The position numbers were made by a program, and so were the translations under genes. A DNA stretch of 64,000 bases, taken from assembly GCA_964036045.1 (NCBI GenBank), contig OZ038378.1, positions 82,894,001-82,958,000 of the forward strand. The letters run 5' to 3'. Source of the stretch: Eutreptiella sp. 'Long Island Sound 2002'. Lineage: Eukaryota > Protista > Euglenida. A model generated the notes under the pieces. It saw nothing but the letters and a program-made list of their open reading frames with translations, did no database searches and was not told where the DNA came from. Shown piece after piece: positions 44,581-57,362 of the stretch (position 1 is its first letter; each line of letters begins with the position of its first letter).

Positions 44581-46641
44581 TGCGCCATCCCCATCGTAGA
44601 AAAAAGGGGCATTTAAGGGCTTCCAAGCTACCCTACAACGTGGTGTCCGGGTTGGCTTATCATAGAGCAACGGCAAGAGCAACGGCAAGTAACTGGAGGC
44701 CCCACATACCGTTGGATCATGACTGTCGCTGGACCATACCGGACATGCAACCACGGACACAAACTGTGTGACTGTGCTGCAGTTGTGAGCACCTGATGTG
44801 ACTTAGCCTGTCTTGTGCAGTCCCAAACAGCTGTGGGACAGTGAATGACGGGTCCTGTTTGTCTTTGTACGTGTTTGTGACTCAATTTGACTGTTTTTGA
44901 AATTTGCACTGAGCGGGGCTGTGCAGAGCCCAGCCTGCCAGATTTGCTCGGTTTTACCCCGAATATGACGAATTTCGTACAGCCGGGCTCTGCAGAGCCC
45001 AGCATGCTATTTCAAGCTAATTTGCATGACGCTTGGTTGGACACCGTGTTGCCCTCATCTCAACAGTGTAGTACTGTCCCTGTGTCCCTTTGGTTGTATC
45101 AGCACAACATTGTGCTATGGCATTTCTTTTAGTATGTTCCTCGTTGACACAGTGTATGAACTGTCGAGTTTGTTCACAATTTTGGTGCATATACGGTGCC
45201 AAGTTTGTGTCTCTGAGCCCCAGATCCTTTCTTTACTTGCTATTTATTCACCAATCCATGCGCAGCAAAGTGCAGATGCCATGTGTACCATTGATTGGGT
45301 CCTGACATCTTGGGTTACCTGTTCGTGGGCCCTACAGAGCTCAGGGGAATGTGTCCGTCGTTTTGAGTATACCAGGTATGCCCATAGTTCAATCTGCACT
45401 GTGTATTTAGGGCACATGTTTGCGTTTTTTTTTTGCTGAGCCACATTACATTTTCCGCTGTCATGTATGCCCCAATTTCATTGATATGTCTTGCCAGTGT
45501 TTTTGGATTTTCCAACGGTTGACAATGCGTATGTTGGGCAGTGCTTTGCCACTGTCCACTGTGCGATGATTCAGTTTTTGGTGCCATTTGTGACCCGTTT
45601 TCGTTGGTGTCAACCATTTATTGATTATTGCACCTTTGCTCGGGATTAAGAAAGGGGAACCCTCTTTGTGTGTCCATGTGTTAGTACGTGCTTCTGAACG
45701 ACATCTGGGGACACGTCAGTCTGTAGTCTGTACAACATCCAATTCCAGAGTTGTGACGGACCTCGTACAACTCACGTACCAATTTTTACACTTTTTGTGC
45801 TTTCCTTTGTATGTGTTTGTGCTTTATACTCGTCAACTAGTGTGTATGTAGGTTCCATGCCGTGTCTATGACTGGTGCTCTGGTGGTCTATCGCTTATGT
45901 GGGGACTTAAATTTCTGGGGGGGGGGGGCACACAGTGCGATCCTTATGGTATCCATTACCACACCGGTGGTCCGCCGTGTTTATTAATAGTGTAATTCAT
46001 GTGTGCTATTTGTTGTTTCTATCGAGCTGGGCTCTGCAGAGCCCAACCAGTAGGAATTCCCTATTTCAGGCCCTGTTACTACCTGTTTGCCTGTACATTG
46101 TTGTGTTGGTGTACAACCTTGTACTATTTCCCCTGTTTTTAGTGAAAGTCCTGTTTCTCGGCTCTGCAAAGCCCAGCCTTTGAAAAATGCTACTTTGCAC
46201 CCTCCTTTCATACATGTGCCGCTCTCGGTTGTTATAGGGTACACCTTCTTGACAGGCGGTCCATGTAAGGTCATCATTGCCGTCATAATACTACTACTAG
46301 TAAGAGAACCGCAGCACGTGCTGTTGACAAATACGTGCTCCATTTGTGATATCAGACCGTGAAACATAGTTTTATGGCGGGGCTGGTCCATTTTCCGTAT
46401 TTGAGACGTCCAAAATGGGGAAAAACAGTGGATGCGCTCGTATGCTGTGGGGGCCCAAAATGGTGCTTTTTTGCTGCGTCGCACCCCTAATTTGCGTGTC
46501 ATTGCTCCTCCCCATACACCCTGGCTGGGAACAGCCCCACCATTACGCTTGACTATGCAGCAGAGATGCTAGGCTCTATTCACGACATTTTTTTTTTTCT
46601 TCAAAAAACGATAGGGGGCACTATGTGCCTCCTAAGCACAG

Positions 46642-47816
46642 CCCCCGAACACGGCCGAACACGAACGTGGGTGTGACGTCACCACGGTCTTCGAAAACAT
46701 CACGCCGCCGCCACAAACGGGCCCCAGGGCATCCAGATGCCGAGAAACCACATACAACCCACGCCAACACATACCCACTCCTAAACTAGCGACACAGAAC
46801 AAACTAATAGAGGAACTGGTCCCACTAAACACGGCGGAAGACCAAACTAGAATAACATAGATGGAACAACAGACAATCAAAACGCCAAACGTGAAGCACA
46901 GACCCGCTTGAGTGCATACCTCGCCAACCACCAGAACCGTTTGGTAATCACAGAACACGTACGGCGACAAACACTAGACATCACATCGTGCGATAGGAAC
47001 ACATATCAGTTACCCACCTCCGCACAACACGAACTACGCAAGGTAATGACAGTCCAACATGAGGCGGACTCCGACGGGCTGCACACCGTGGAAGGAATGG
47101 GCGACGCTGCACGTTATACCGTCCACAGCGAGGCAGACCACCAGGGGCCACTTGACATCCGCAACCGCTCATACCTCCTGCGACTCTAATCAACCAGTAT
47201 GCAATGCAACCATGAGCGACGGATGCAAAGGGCGGCAATCCAAAACGAGCGGTGAAGTAGCGAGGTTGAACGGGTTGAACCAATTGTGCGGGCCCTCATA
47301 GAGCTAGGGGCACGTGAACTGATGGTGGCATACGAGGGCGACAGACAGGGCCCTGCAGCCCTCCAAGCATATGGCATGCACTGCCTCCACAGAGCATCCT
47401 TACGGAAGCTGTCGCGGTGCGTCCGAGGGGTGTACTAGTCCTACAAGTTTCCCGTCCACAAATGGTCATCCGAACACGAGAAGCTAATGAGCCACCTCCA
47501 ACCAAAACCCATAATGGCCCTCCACCTCGACAACACCATCAAGCAAGGCCACGAACCAACACACCTAGCACACGCCCTATCCAAGGGCACACCCATATAC
47601 ATCGGTCTGGACAACCAAAATGACACGCTGAAACCAGAATCCGCAAAGACTATGGAGGTGGTGGAATGTCCCTGCGAAACGCGGGTTTGCACCCGGGATG
47701 CTTTCATGAAGCGCATCAACGGACACCAGTCCGGCGCAGGATTGTGTATAGCGACCAAGTTGGCCATCAGACATTACACATTAGACTTTTATCGACCGCA
47801 ATTACACAAACCATAA
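46642..47816 (+). pseudogene. 3' continuation of the 2A polyprotein after the giant insertion
   Basis: Same A/C-rich coding-strand bias as 18.9-20.8 kb; one frame runs 46908-47816 with three internal stops; product unknown. Confidence 0.6.
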
Positions 47817-48148
47817 ACCCACCTCCCCCATCCCCCCTTGTGGTGTAGTACACCCCCCCCCCCCATGGAAGATGCCCCCCCCCTGTGGCCCTTCCCTAGT
47901 CCTTCCACCCCCCCCCCCACTCATGAGTGTTTTCTTATATCAGGAAGTATGGAAAATGATTCGGAAAATACCCCCGCTTTGTGTTGTGTGTTTGTGTGTA
48001 GGAAGCATCGAAACTGCACCCACTCACTACACTCTGCGAGGTGTAGATTTTCCGTCGGTGGCCTCAACCCTAGCGTTGTAGGGCAATCAGACACCATTGC
48101 AAAGTAAACCAACAGATTTGTTGCATTTATATGCATATGTTCTCCCAA

Positions 48149-48216
<68 letters not shown>

Positions 48217-48222
48217 GCACAC
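48149..48222 (+). repeat. (CA)n microsatellite
   Basis: Directly visible, few interruptions. Confidence 0.99.
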
Positions 48223-48528
48223 TTTGACATAGCATAGGCACTGTGGGGGTGCCCTTGCTTCAAGTCTTGGTTCGGGGGGGGGGGGGGGGCTCTCCTTTCT
48301 TTACATGATTTTCACCGGGGAGGGGGGAGACTTGAGAGAATTGCCGAGGGAGGGGTTTAGTCACGGGTGCGGGAGGGTGTTCTTTTCTTTGTCTCACAGG
48401 TGTCTCTTTTCGTGCAAAGTAATGACAAAAATGAAAATAATCATTTCACAACTTGCAGGTGTGCAATGCTATGCTGTGCAGTGTTGTGGTGTGTCTCCGT
48501 AGGTCCCCGTGGGTCAGAAGCCGGTTAG

Positions 48529-49221
48529 AAGCCCCCCCGATCAACTTCAAATCCCCCCCCCCAATCAATTTCATAGCCCCCCCCATCAATTTCATAGGAC
48601 CCCCTATCAATTTTATAGCCCCCCCCCATCCATTTCATAGCCCTCCCCATATCTATTTCATAGCCCCCCCCCAAATTAATTTCATTTCACCCCCCATCAA
48701 TTTCATAGCCCCCCCATTGATTCCATACGCCCCCCTATCAAACTCATTGCCCCCCCCCAATCGATTTCATAGCCCCCCCCATCAATTTCATAGCCCCCCC
48801 CCCATCAATTTCGGAGCCCCCCCATCAATTTCATATGTCCCCCTATCAATTTTTTGCCGCCCCCCCATCCATTTCATAGCCCCCCCCAATATCAATTTCA
48901 TGGTCCCCCCCCATCCATTTCATAGCCCCCCCCTATCAATTTCATACACCCCCCCTATCAATTTCATAGCCCCCCCCCATCCATTTCATAGCCCCGCCAC
49001 ATCCATATTATAGCCCCCCTCCCTATCAATTTCATAGCCCCCCCCATCCATTTCATAGCCCCTCCTCCATCAATTTCATAGCCCCACCCCCATTAATTTC
49101 ATAGCCCCCCATCAATTTCATATGCCCCCCTATCAATTTCATCCCCCCCCCCCATCCATTTCATAGCCCCCCCAACATCCATTTCAAAGCCTCCCTCCCC
49201 ATCAAATTCATAGGCCCCCCC
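48529..49221 (+). repeat. ~19-21-bp tandem repeat (C5-8)ATCAATTTCATAG, roughly 33 copies
   Basis: Directly visible; unit length varies through the C-run. Confidence 0.97.
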
Positions 49222-52200
49222 ACATGGGAATTGGCGCAAAAGGTCGCGTCAATTATTTTGGGGGTCTAGACCCTCCTAGGAATTGACGCATAGGGTTGCG
49301 TCAATTATTTTGGGGGTCTAGACCCCCATAGGAATTGACGCATAGGCTCACGTCAATTATTTTGGGTGTCTAGATCCCCATAGGAGTTGACGCATAGGGT
49401 TGCGTCAATTTTTTGGGGGGTCTAGACCCCCCTAGGAATTGACGTATAGGGTTGTGTCAAATATTTTCGGGGTCTAGACCCCCCTAGGAATTGACGCATA
49501 GGGTCGCGTCAATTATTTTCGGGGTCTAGACCCCCATAGGAATTGACGCATAGAGTTGCGTCAATTTTTTTGGGGGTCTAGACCCCCATGGGAATTGACA
49601 CATAGGGTTGCGTCACTCATTTTGAGGGTCTACACCCCGATAGGAATTGACGCATAGGGTCGCGTCAAATTTTTTGGGGGTCTAGACCCCCATAGGAATT
49701 CACCCGCATAGGGTTGCGTCAATTTTTTTTGGGGTCGAGACTCTCCTAGGAATTGATGCGTAGGGTCGCGTCAATTATTTTGGGGGTCTAGACCCCCATT
49801 GGAATTGAGGCATAGGGTTGCGTCAATTTTTTTTGGGGTCTAGACCCCCATAGGAATTGACGCATAGGGTTGCGTAAATTTTTTTCGGGGTCTAGAGCCC
49901 CGCAGGAATTGACGCATAGAGTTGCGTCAAATATTTTGGGATCTAGACCCCCCTAGGAATTGATGCATAGGGTTGCGTCAATTATTTTGGGGGTCTACAC
50001 TCCCCTAGGAATTGACGCATAGGGTTGCGTCAATTTTTTGGGGGGTCTAGACCCCCCTAGGAATTGACGCATAGGGTTTCGTCAATTATTTCGGGGGTCC
50101 AGACCTTCATAGGAATTGAGGCATAGGGTTGCGTCAATTATTTTGGGGTCTAGACCCCCACAGGAATTGACGCATAAGGTTGCGTCACTTATTTTGAGGG
50201 TCTGGACCCCCATAGGAATTGATGAATAGGGTTGCGTCAATTGTTTTCGGGGGCTAGACCCCCTTACGAATTGACACATAGGGTGGCGTCACTTATTTTG
50301 AGCGTCTGGACCCCAATAGGAATTGACACATAGGGTCGCGTCAATTATTTTGGAGGTCTAGACCCCCATAGGAATTGACGCATAGGGTTGCGTCAATTGT
50401 TTTCGGGTCTAGACTCCCCTAGGAATTGACGCATAGGGTTGGGTCAATTATTTTGGGGGTCTAGATCCCCATAGGAATTGACGCATAGGGTCACGTCAAT
50501 TATTTTGGGGGTCTAGACCCCCATAGAAATTGATGCATAGGGTTGCATCAATTATTTTGGGGGTCTAGACCCCCCTAGGAATTGACGCATAGGGTCGCAT
50601 CAATTAATCTGGGGGTCTAGACCCCCATAGGAATGGACGCATAGGGTCGCGTCAATTATTTTGGGGGTCCAGACCCCCCTAGGACTTGACTCATAGGGTT
50701 GCGTCAATTATTTTTGGGGTCTAGACCCGCATAGGAATTGACGCATAGGGTTGCGTCAATTTTTTTTTGGGGTGCAAACCCCCATAGGAAGTGACGCACA
50801 GGGTTGCATCAATTATTTTTGGGGTCTAGACCCGCCCAGGAATTGACGCATAGGGTTTCGTCAATTTTTTTTGGGGTCTAGACCCCCCTAGGAATTGACG
50901 CGTAGGGTCGCGTCAATTATTTTGGGGTTCTAGACCCCCATAGGAATTCACACGTAGGGTCGCGTCACTTTTTTTGGGGTTCTAGATCCCCATAGGAATT
51001 GACGCATAGGGTTGCGTAAATTATTTTTGGGGTCTAGACCCCCCTAGGAATTGACGCATAGGGTCGCGTCAATTATTTTTGCGGTCTAGACCCCCATAGT
51101 AATTTACGCATAGGGTTGCCTAAATTTTTGGGCGTCTAGACCGCCATAGGAATGGGCGCATAGGGTTGCGTCAATTATTTTCGGGGTCTAGACCCCCCTA
51201 GGAATTGACGCATAGGGTTGCGTCAATCATTCTGGGGATCTAGACCCCGATAGGAATTGACGCATAGGGTTGCGTCAATTATTTTTGGGGTCTAGACCCC
51301 CCTAGGAATTGACGCATAGGGTCGGATCAATTATTTTGGGGGTCTAGACCCCCATAGGAATTGACGCGTAGGGTCGCGTCAATTGTTTTGGTGGTACAGA
51401 CCCCCACAGGAATTGACGCATAGTGTTGCGTCATGATATTGGTGGTTTAGACTCCTCTAGGAATTGACGCATAGGGTTGCGTCATTTTTTTTGGTGGTCT
51501 AGACCCGCATAGGAATTGACACATAGGGTTGCGTCAATTATTTTCGGGTTCTAGACCCCCACAGGAATTGACGCATAGGGTTGCGTCAATTTTTCCGGGG
51601 TCTAGACCCCCATAGGAATGGACGCAAAGGGTTGCATCAATTATTTTCGAGGTCTAGAGCCCCATAGGAATTTACTCATACGGTTGCGTCAATTATTTTT
51701 GGGGTCTAGACCCCCCTAGGAATTGACGCATAGGGTTGCGTCAAATTTTTTGGTGGTCTAGACCCGCATGGGAATTGACGCATAGGGTTGCGTCAATTTT
51801 TTTTGGGGTCTAGACCCCCATAGGAATTGACACACAGGGTTGCGTCAATTTTTTTGGGGGTCTAGACCCGCATAGGAATTGACGCATAGGGTTGCGCCAA
51901 GTTTTTTTGGGGTGCAAACCCCCATAGGAAGTGACGCATAGTGTTGCGTCAGTTATTTTTGGGGTCTAGACCCCCATAGGAATGGACACATAGGGTCGCG
52001 TCAATTATTTTGGGGGTCTCGACCCGCATAGGAATTGACGCATAGGGTTGCGTCAATAATTTTCGGGGTCTAGACCCCCATAGGAACTGACACATAGGGT
52101 CGCGTCAATTTCTTTCGGGGTCTAGACCCTCCTAGGAATTGACGCATAGGGTTGCGTCAATTTTTTTGGGTGTCTAGACCCGCATAGGAATTGACGCATA

Positions 52201-55200
52201 GGGTTGCGTCAATTATTTTGGGGGTCTAGACCCCCATAGGAGTTGATGCATAGGGGTGCGTAAATTATTTTGGGGGTCTGAACTTCCCCAGGAATTGACG
52301 CATAGGGTTGCGTCAATTTTTTTCGGGGTCTAGACCCTCCTAGGAATTGACGCATAGGGTTGCGTCAAATATTTTGGCGATCTAGACCCCCATAGAAATT
52401 GACGCATAAAGTGCGTCAATTATTTTGGGGGTCTAGACCCCCATAGGAATTGATGCATAGGGTTGCGTCAATTATTTTTGCGGTCTAGACCCCCATAGGA
52501 ATTGACGCATAGGGTTGCGTCAATTATTTTGGGGGTCTAGACCCCCCTAGGAATCGATGCATAGGGTTGCGCCAATTATTTTGGGGTCTAGACCCCCATA
52601 GGAATTCACGCATAGGGTCGCGTCAATTAATTTGCGGTTCTAGACCCCCCCAGGAATTGACGCATAGGGTTGCGTCAATCATTTTGGGGATCTAGACCCC
52701 TCTACGAATTGACGCTTAGGGTTGCGTCAATTATTTTCGGGGTTTAGACCCGCCTAGGAATTGACGCATAGGGTTGCGTCAATTATTTTGGGGGTCTAGA
52801 CCCTCCTAGGAATTGAGGCATCGGGTTGCGTCAATTTTTTTTGGTGGTCTAGACCCCCATAGAAATTGACGCATAGGGTTGCGTCAATTATTTTGGGGGT
52901 CTAGACCCTCCTAGGAATTGAGGCATCGGGTTGCGTCAATTTTTTTTGGGGTCTAGACCCTGCTAGGAATTGACGCACAGGGTTGCGTCAATTTTTTTGG
53001 GGGTCTAGACCTTCATACGAATTGACGCATAGGGTCGCGTCAATTTTTTTGGAGGTCTAGACCCCCATACGAATTGACGCATAGGGTTGCGTCAATTTTT
53101 TTCGTGGTCTAGACCCTCCTAGGAATTGATGCATAGGGGTGCGTAAATTATTTTGGCGGTCTGAACCCCCCCAGGAATTGACGCATAGGGTTGCGTCAAT
53201 CGTTTTGGGGGTCTAGACCCCCCTAGGAATTGACGCATAGGGTTGCGTCAATTTTTTTGGCGATCTAGACCCCCCCAGGAATTGACGCATAGGGTTGCGT
53301 CAATTTTTTTTTGGGTCTAGACCCCAATAGGAATTGACACATAGGGCCGCGTCAATTATTCTGGGGGTCTAGACCCCCCTAGGAATTGACGCATAGGGTT
53401 GCGTCAATTATTTTGGGGATCTAGACCCCCATAGGAATTGACGCATAGGGTTGCGTCAATTTTCTTTGGGGGTCTAGACCCCCGTAGGAATTGACGCATA
53501 GGGTTGCGTCAATAATTTTTGGGGTCTAGACCCCCCTAGGAATTGACGCATAGTGTTGCGTCAATTGATTTTGGGGTTTAGACCCCCATAGGAATTGACG
53601 CATGGGGTTGCGTCAATCATTTTTGCGGTTTAGACCCCCATAGGAATTGACACATAGGGTTGCGTCAATTATTTTGGGGGTTTAGACCCCCCTAGGAATT
53701 GATGCATAGGGTTGCGTCAATAATTTTGGGGGTCTAGACCCCCATAGGAATTTACACATAGGGACGCGTCAATTAATTTGAGGTTCTAGCCCCCCCCAGG
53801 AATTAACGCATAGGGTTGCGTCAATTTTTTTGGGGGTCTAGACCCCCCTAGGAATTGACACATAGGGTTGCGTCCATTATTTTGGGGGTCTAGACACCCA
53901 TAGGAATTGATGCATAGGGTTGCCCGAATTATTTTTGGGGTCTAGACCCCCCTAGGAATTTACGCATAGGGTTGCGTCAATTATTTTGGGGGTCTAGACC
54001 CCCGTAGGAATTGACGCATAGGGTTGCGTCAATTTTTTTTGGGGTCTAGACCCCCCTAGGAATTGACGCATAGTGTTGCGTCAATTGATTTTGGGGTTTA
54101 CACCCCCATAGGAATTGACGCATAGGGTCACGTCAATTATTTTCGGGGTCTAGACCCTCCTAGGAATTGACGCATATTGTTGCGTCAATTTTTTTGGGGG
54201 TCTAGACCCCCATAGGAATGGACGCATAGGGTTGCGTCAATTATTTTGGCGATCTAGACCCCCATAGGAATTGACGCATAGGGTTGCGTCAAATTTTTTT
54301 TTTGGGTCTAGACCCCAATAGGAATTGACACATAGGGTCGCGTCAATTATTCTGGGGGTCTAGACCCCCATAGGAATTGACGCACAGGGTTGCGTCAATT
54401 GTTTTGGGGGTCTAGACCCCCCTAGGAATTGACGCATAGGGTTGCGTCAATTACTTTGGGGATCTAGACCCCCATAGGAATTGACGCATAGGGTTGCGTC
54501 AATTTTTTTGGGGGTCTAGACCCCCGTAGGAATTGACGCATAGGGTTGCCTCAATTATTTTTGGGGTCTAGACCCCCCTAGGAATTGACGCATAGTGTTG
54601 CGTCAATTGATTTTGGGGTTTAGACCCCCATAGGAATTGACGCATAGGGTTGCGTCAATAATTTTTGCGGTCTAGACCCCCATAGGAATTGACACATAGG
54701 GTTGCGTCAATTATTTTGGGGGTCTAGACCCCCCTAGGAATTGATGCATAGGGTTGCGTCAATCATTTTGGGGGTCTAGACCCCCATAGGAATTTGCACA
54801 TAGGGACGCGTCAATTAATTTGAGGTTCTAGCCCCCCCCAGGAATTAACGCATAGGGTTGCGTCAATTTTTTTGGGGGTCTAGACCCCCCTAGGAATTGA
54901 CACATAGGGTTGCGTCCATTATTTTGGGGGTCTAGACACCCATAGGGATTGATGCATAGGGTTGCCCGAATTTTTTTTGGGCTCTAGACCCCCCTAGGAA
55001 TTTACGCATAGGGTTGCGTCAATTATTTTGGGGGTCTAGGCCCCCGTAGGAATTGACGCATAGGGTTGCGTCAATTATTTTTGGGGTCTAGACCCCCCTA
55101 GGAATGGACGCATAGTGTTGCGTCAATTATTTTTGCGGTCTTGACCCCCATAGGAATTGACACATAGGGTTGCGTCAATTATTTTGGGGGTCTAGACCCC

Positions 55201-57362
55201 CCTAGGAACTGATGCATAGGGTTGCGTCAATTTTTTGGGGGTCTAGACCCCCATAGGAATTTACCCATAGGGACGCGTCAATTAATTTGCGGTTCTAGCC
55301 CCCCCCAGGAATTAACGCATAGGGTTGCGTCAATTTTTTGGGGGTCTAGACCCCCCTAGGAATTGACGCATAGGGTTGCATCAATTCTTTTTGGGATCTA
55401 GACCCCCATAGGAATTGAGGCATAGGGTTGCGTCAATTATTTTGGGGGTCTAGACCCCCGTAGGAATTGACGCATAGGGTTGCGTCAATTATTTTGGGGG
55501 TCTAGACCCCCCTAGGAATTGACGCATAGGGTTGCATCAATTATTTTGGGGGTCTAGACCCCCCTAGGAATTGATGCATAGGGTTGCGTCAATAATTTTG
55601 GCCGGCTAGACCCCCATAGGAATTTACACATAGGGACGCGTCAATTAATTTGCGGTTCTAGACCCCCCCAGGAATTGACGCATAGGGTTGCGTCAATTTT
55701 TTTGGGGGTCCAGACCCCCCTAGGAATTGACGCATAGGGTTGCGTCAATTATTTTGGGGATCTAGACCCCCATAGAAATTGACGCATAGGGTTGCGTCAA
55801 TTATTTTTGGGGTCTAGACCCCCCTAGTAATTGACGCATAGGGTTGCGTCCATTTTTTTCGGGGTCTAGACCCCAATAGGAATTGACGCGTAGGGTCGCG
55901 TCAATTGTTTTGGTGGTCTAGCCCACACAGGAATTGACGCATAGTGTTGCGTCATGATATTGGTGGTTTAGACCCCTCTAGGAATTGACGCTTAGGGTTG
56001 CGTCAATTGTTTTCGGGGTTTAGACCCCCCTAGGAATTGACGCATAGGGTTGCGTCAATTATTTTTGGGGTCTAGACCCCCATAGGAATTGACGCATAGG
56101 GTTGCATCAATTATTTTCGGGGTCTAGACCCTCCTAGGAATTGACGCAAAGGGTTGCGTCAATTTTTATGGGGGTCTAGACCCCCATAGGAATGGACGCA
56201 AAGGGTTGCGTCAATTATTTTCGGGGTCTAGACCCCCCTAGGAATTGATGCATATGGTCGCGTCAATCAATTTGCGGTTCTAGACCCCCCCAGGAATTGA
56301 CGCATAGGGTTGCGTCAATTTTTTTGGGGGTCTAGACCCCCATAGGAATTGACGCATAGGGTTGCGTCAATTATTTTGCGGGTCTAGACCCCCATAGGAA
56401 TCGACGCATAGGGACGCGTCAATTATTTTCGGGGTCTAGACCCCCATAGGAATTGACGCGTAGGGTCGCGTCAATTGTTTTTGTGGTCTAGACCCCCACA
56501 GGAATTGACGCATAGTCTTGCGTCATGATATTGGTGGTTTAGACCCCTCTAGGAATTGACGCTTAGGGTTGCGTCAATTATTTTCGGGGTTTAGACCCCC
56601 CTAGGAATTGACGCATAGGGTTGCGTCAATTTTTTTGGTTTCTAGACCCCCATAGGACTTGACGCACAGGGTTGCGTCAATTATTTTGGGGGTCTTGACC
56701 CCCATAGCCATTTACGCATAGGGTCGCGTCAATTATTTTGGGGTTCTAGACCGCCACAGGGATTGCCGCAGAGGGTTGCGGCAATTATTTTGGGGGTCTG
56801 GACCCCCCTAGGAATTGACGCATATGGTTGCGTCAACTATTTTGGGGGTCTAGACCCCCATAGGAATGGACACATATGGTTGCATCGATTATTTTGGTGG
56901 TCTAGACCCCCTAGGAATTGACGCATAGGGTTGCGTCGATTATCTTGGGGGTCTAGACCCCCCTAGGAATTGACGCATAGGGTTGCGTCAATTATTCTGG
57001 GGGTCTAGACCCCCATAGGAATTGACGCATAGGGTGGCGTCACTTATTTTGGGGGTCTCGACCCCCATAGGAATTGACGCATAGGGTTGCGTCAATTTTT
57101 TTCGGGGTCTAGACCCCCATAGGAATTGACGCATAGGGTCGCGTCAATTTTTTTCGAGGTCTACACCCCCATAGCAATTGACGCATAGGGTTTCGTCAAT
57201 TTTTTTGGTGTCCAGAGCCCCATAGGAATTGACACATGGGGTCGCGTCAATTTTGTTGGGGGTCTAGACCCCTGCAAGAATTGACACATAGGGTTGCGTC
57301 ACTTATTTTGAGCGTCTGGACCCCAATAGGAATTGACGCATAGGGTTGCGTCAATTATTTTG
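49222..57362 (+). repeat. ~52-bp satellite array 1 (about 155 copies)
   Basis: Consensus GGGGTCTAGACCCC-CATAGG-AATTGACGCA-TAGGGT-TGCGTCAATT-ATTTTG; period 52 (49261 to 49313). Confidence 0.99.

Larger units (their letters stand above)
20907..46176. repeat. Dispersed 20-bp palindrome P1, consensus CTGGGCTCTGCAGAGCCCAG (~23 copies)
   Basis: Starts at 20907, 20976, 21286, 21356, 22898, 23026, 29044, 29114, 29308, 29375, 31235, 31415, 31484, 31665, 31734, 31918, 31987, 43137, 43206, 44914, 44983, 45325, 46027, 46157 (some degenerate). Confidence 0.92.
20802..46636. mobile_element. Giant (25,835 bp) TIR DNA transposon with cargo and nested elements
   Basis: Left TIR cttaggaggcccatagggcccccgatcgtttt (20802-20833) versus right TIR 46605-46636 (reverse complement cttaggaggcacatagtgccccctatcgtttt), 29/32 identical; CACAG at 20797-20801 and 46637-46641; removal rejoins an open frame (..PSNH-SPRTRPN..). 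Confidence 0.88.

Noticed and set aside
47345-47365. P1 palindrome outside the giant element
   Set aside because: Partial match (gggccctgcagccc) inside a coding remnant and unpaired; treated as chance.
47487-47816. Ulp1/SUMO protease (NGHQSG motif)
   Set aside because: No catalytic Cys at the expected place and no HW motif; too weak.
48453-49013. 186-aa PPINFIA-repeat ORF
   Set aside because: Translation of the 20-bp satellite; C-run length changes shift frames freely.
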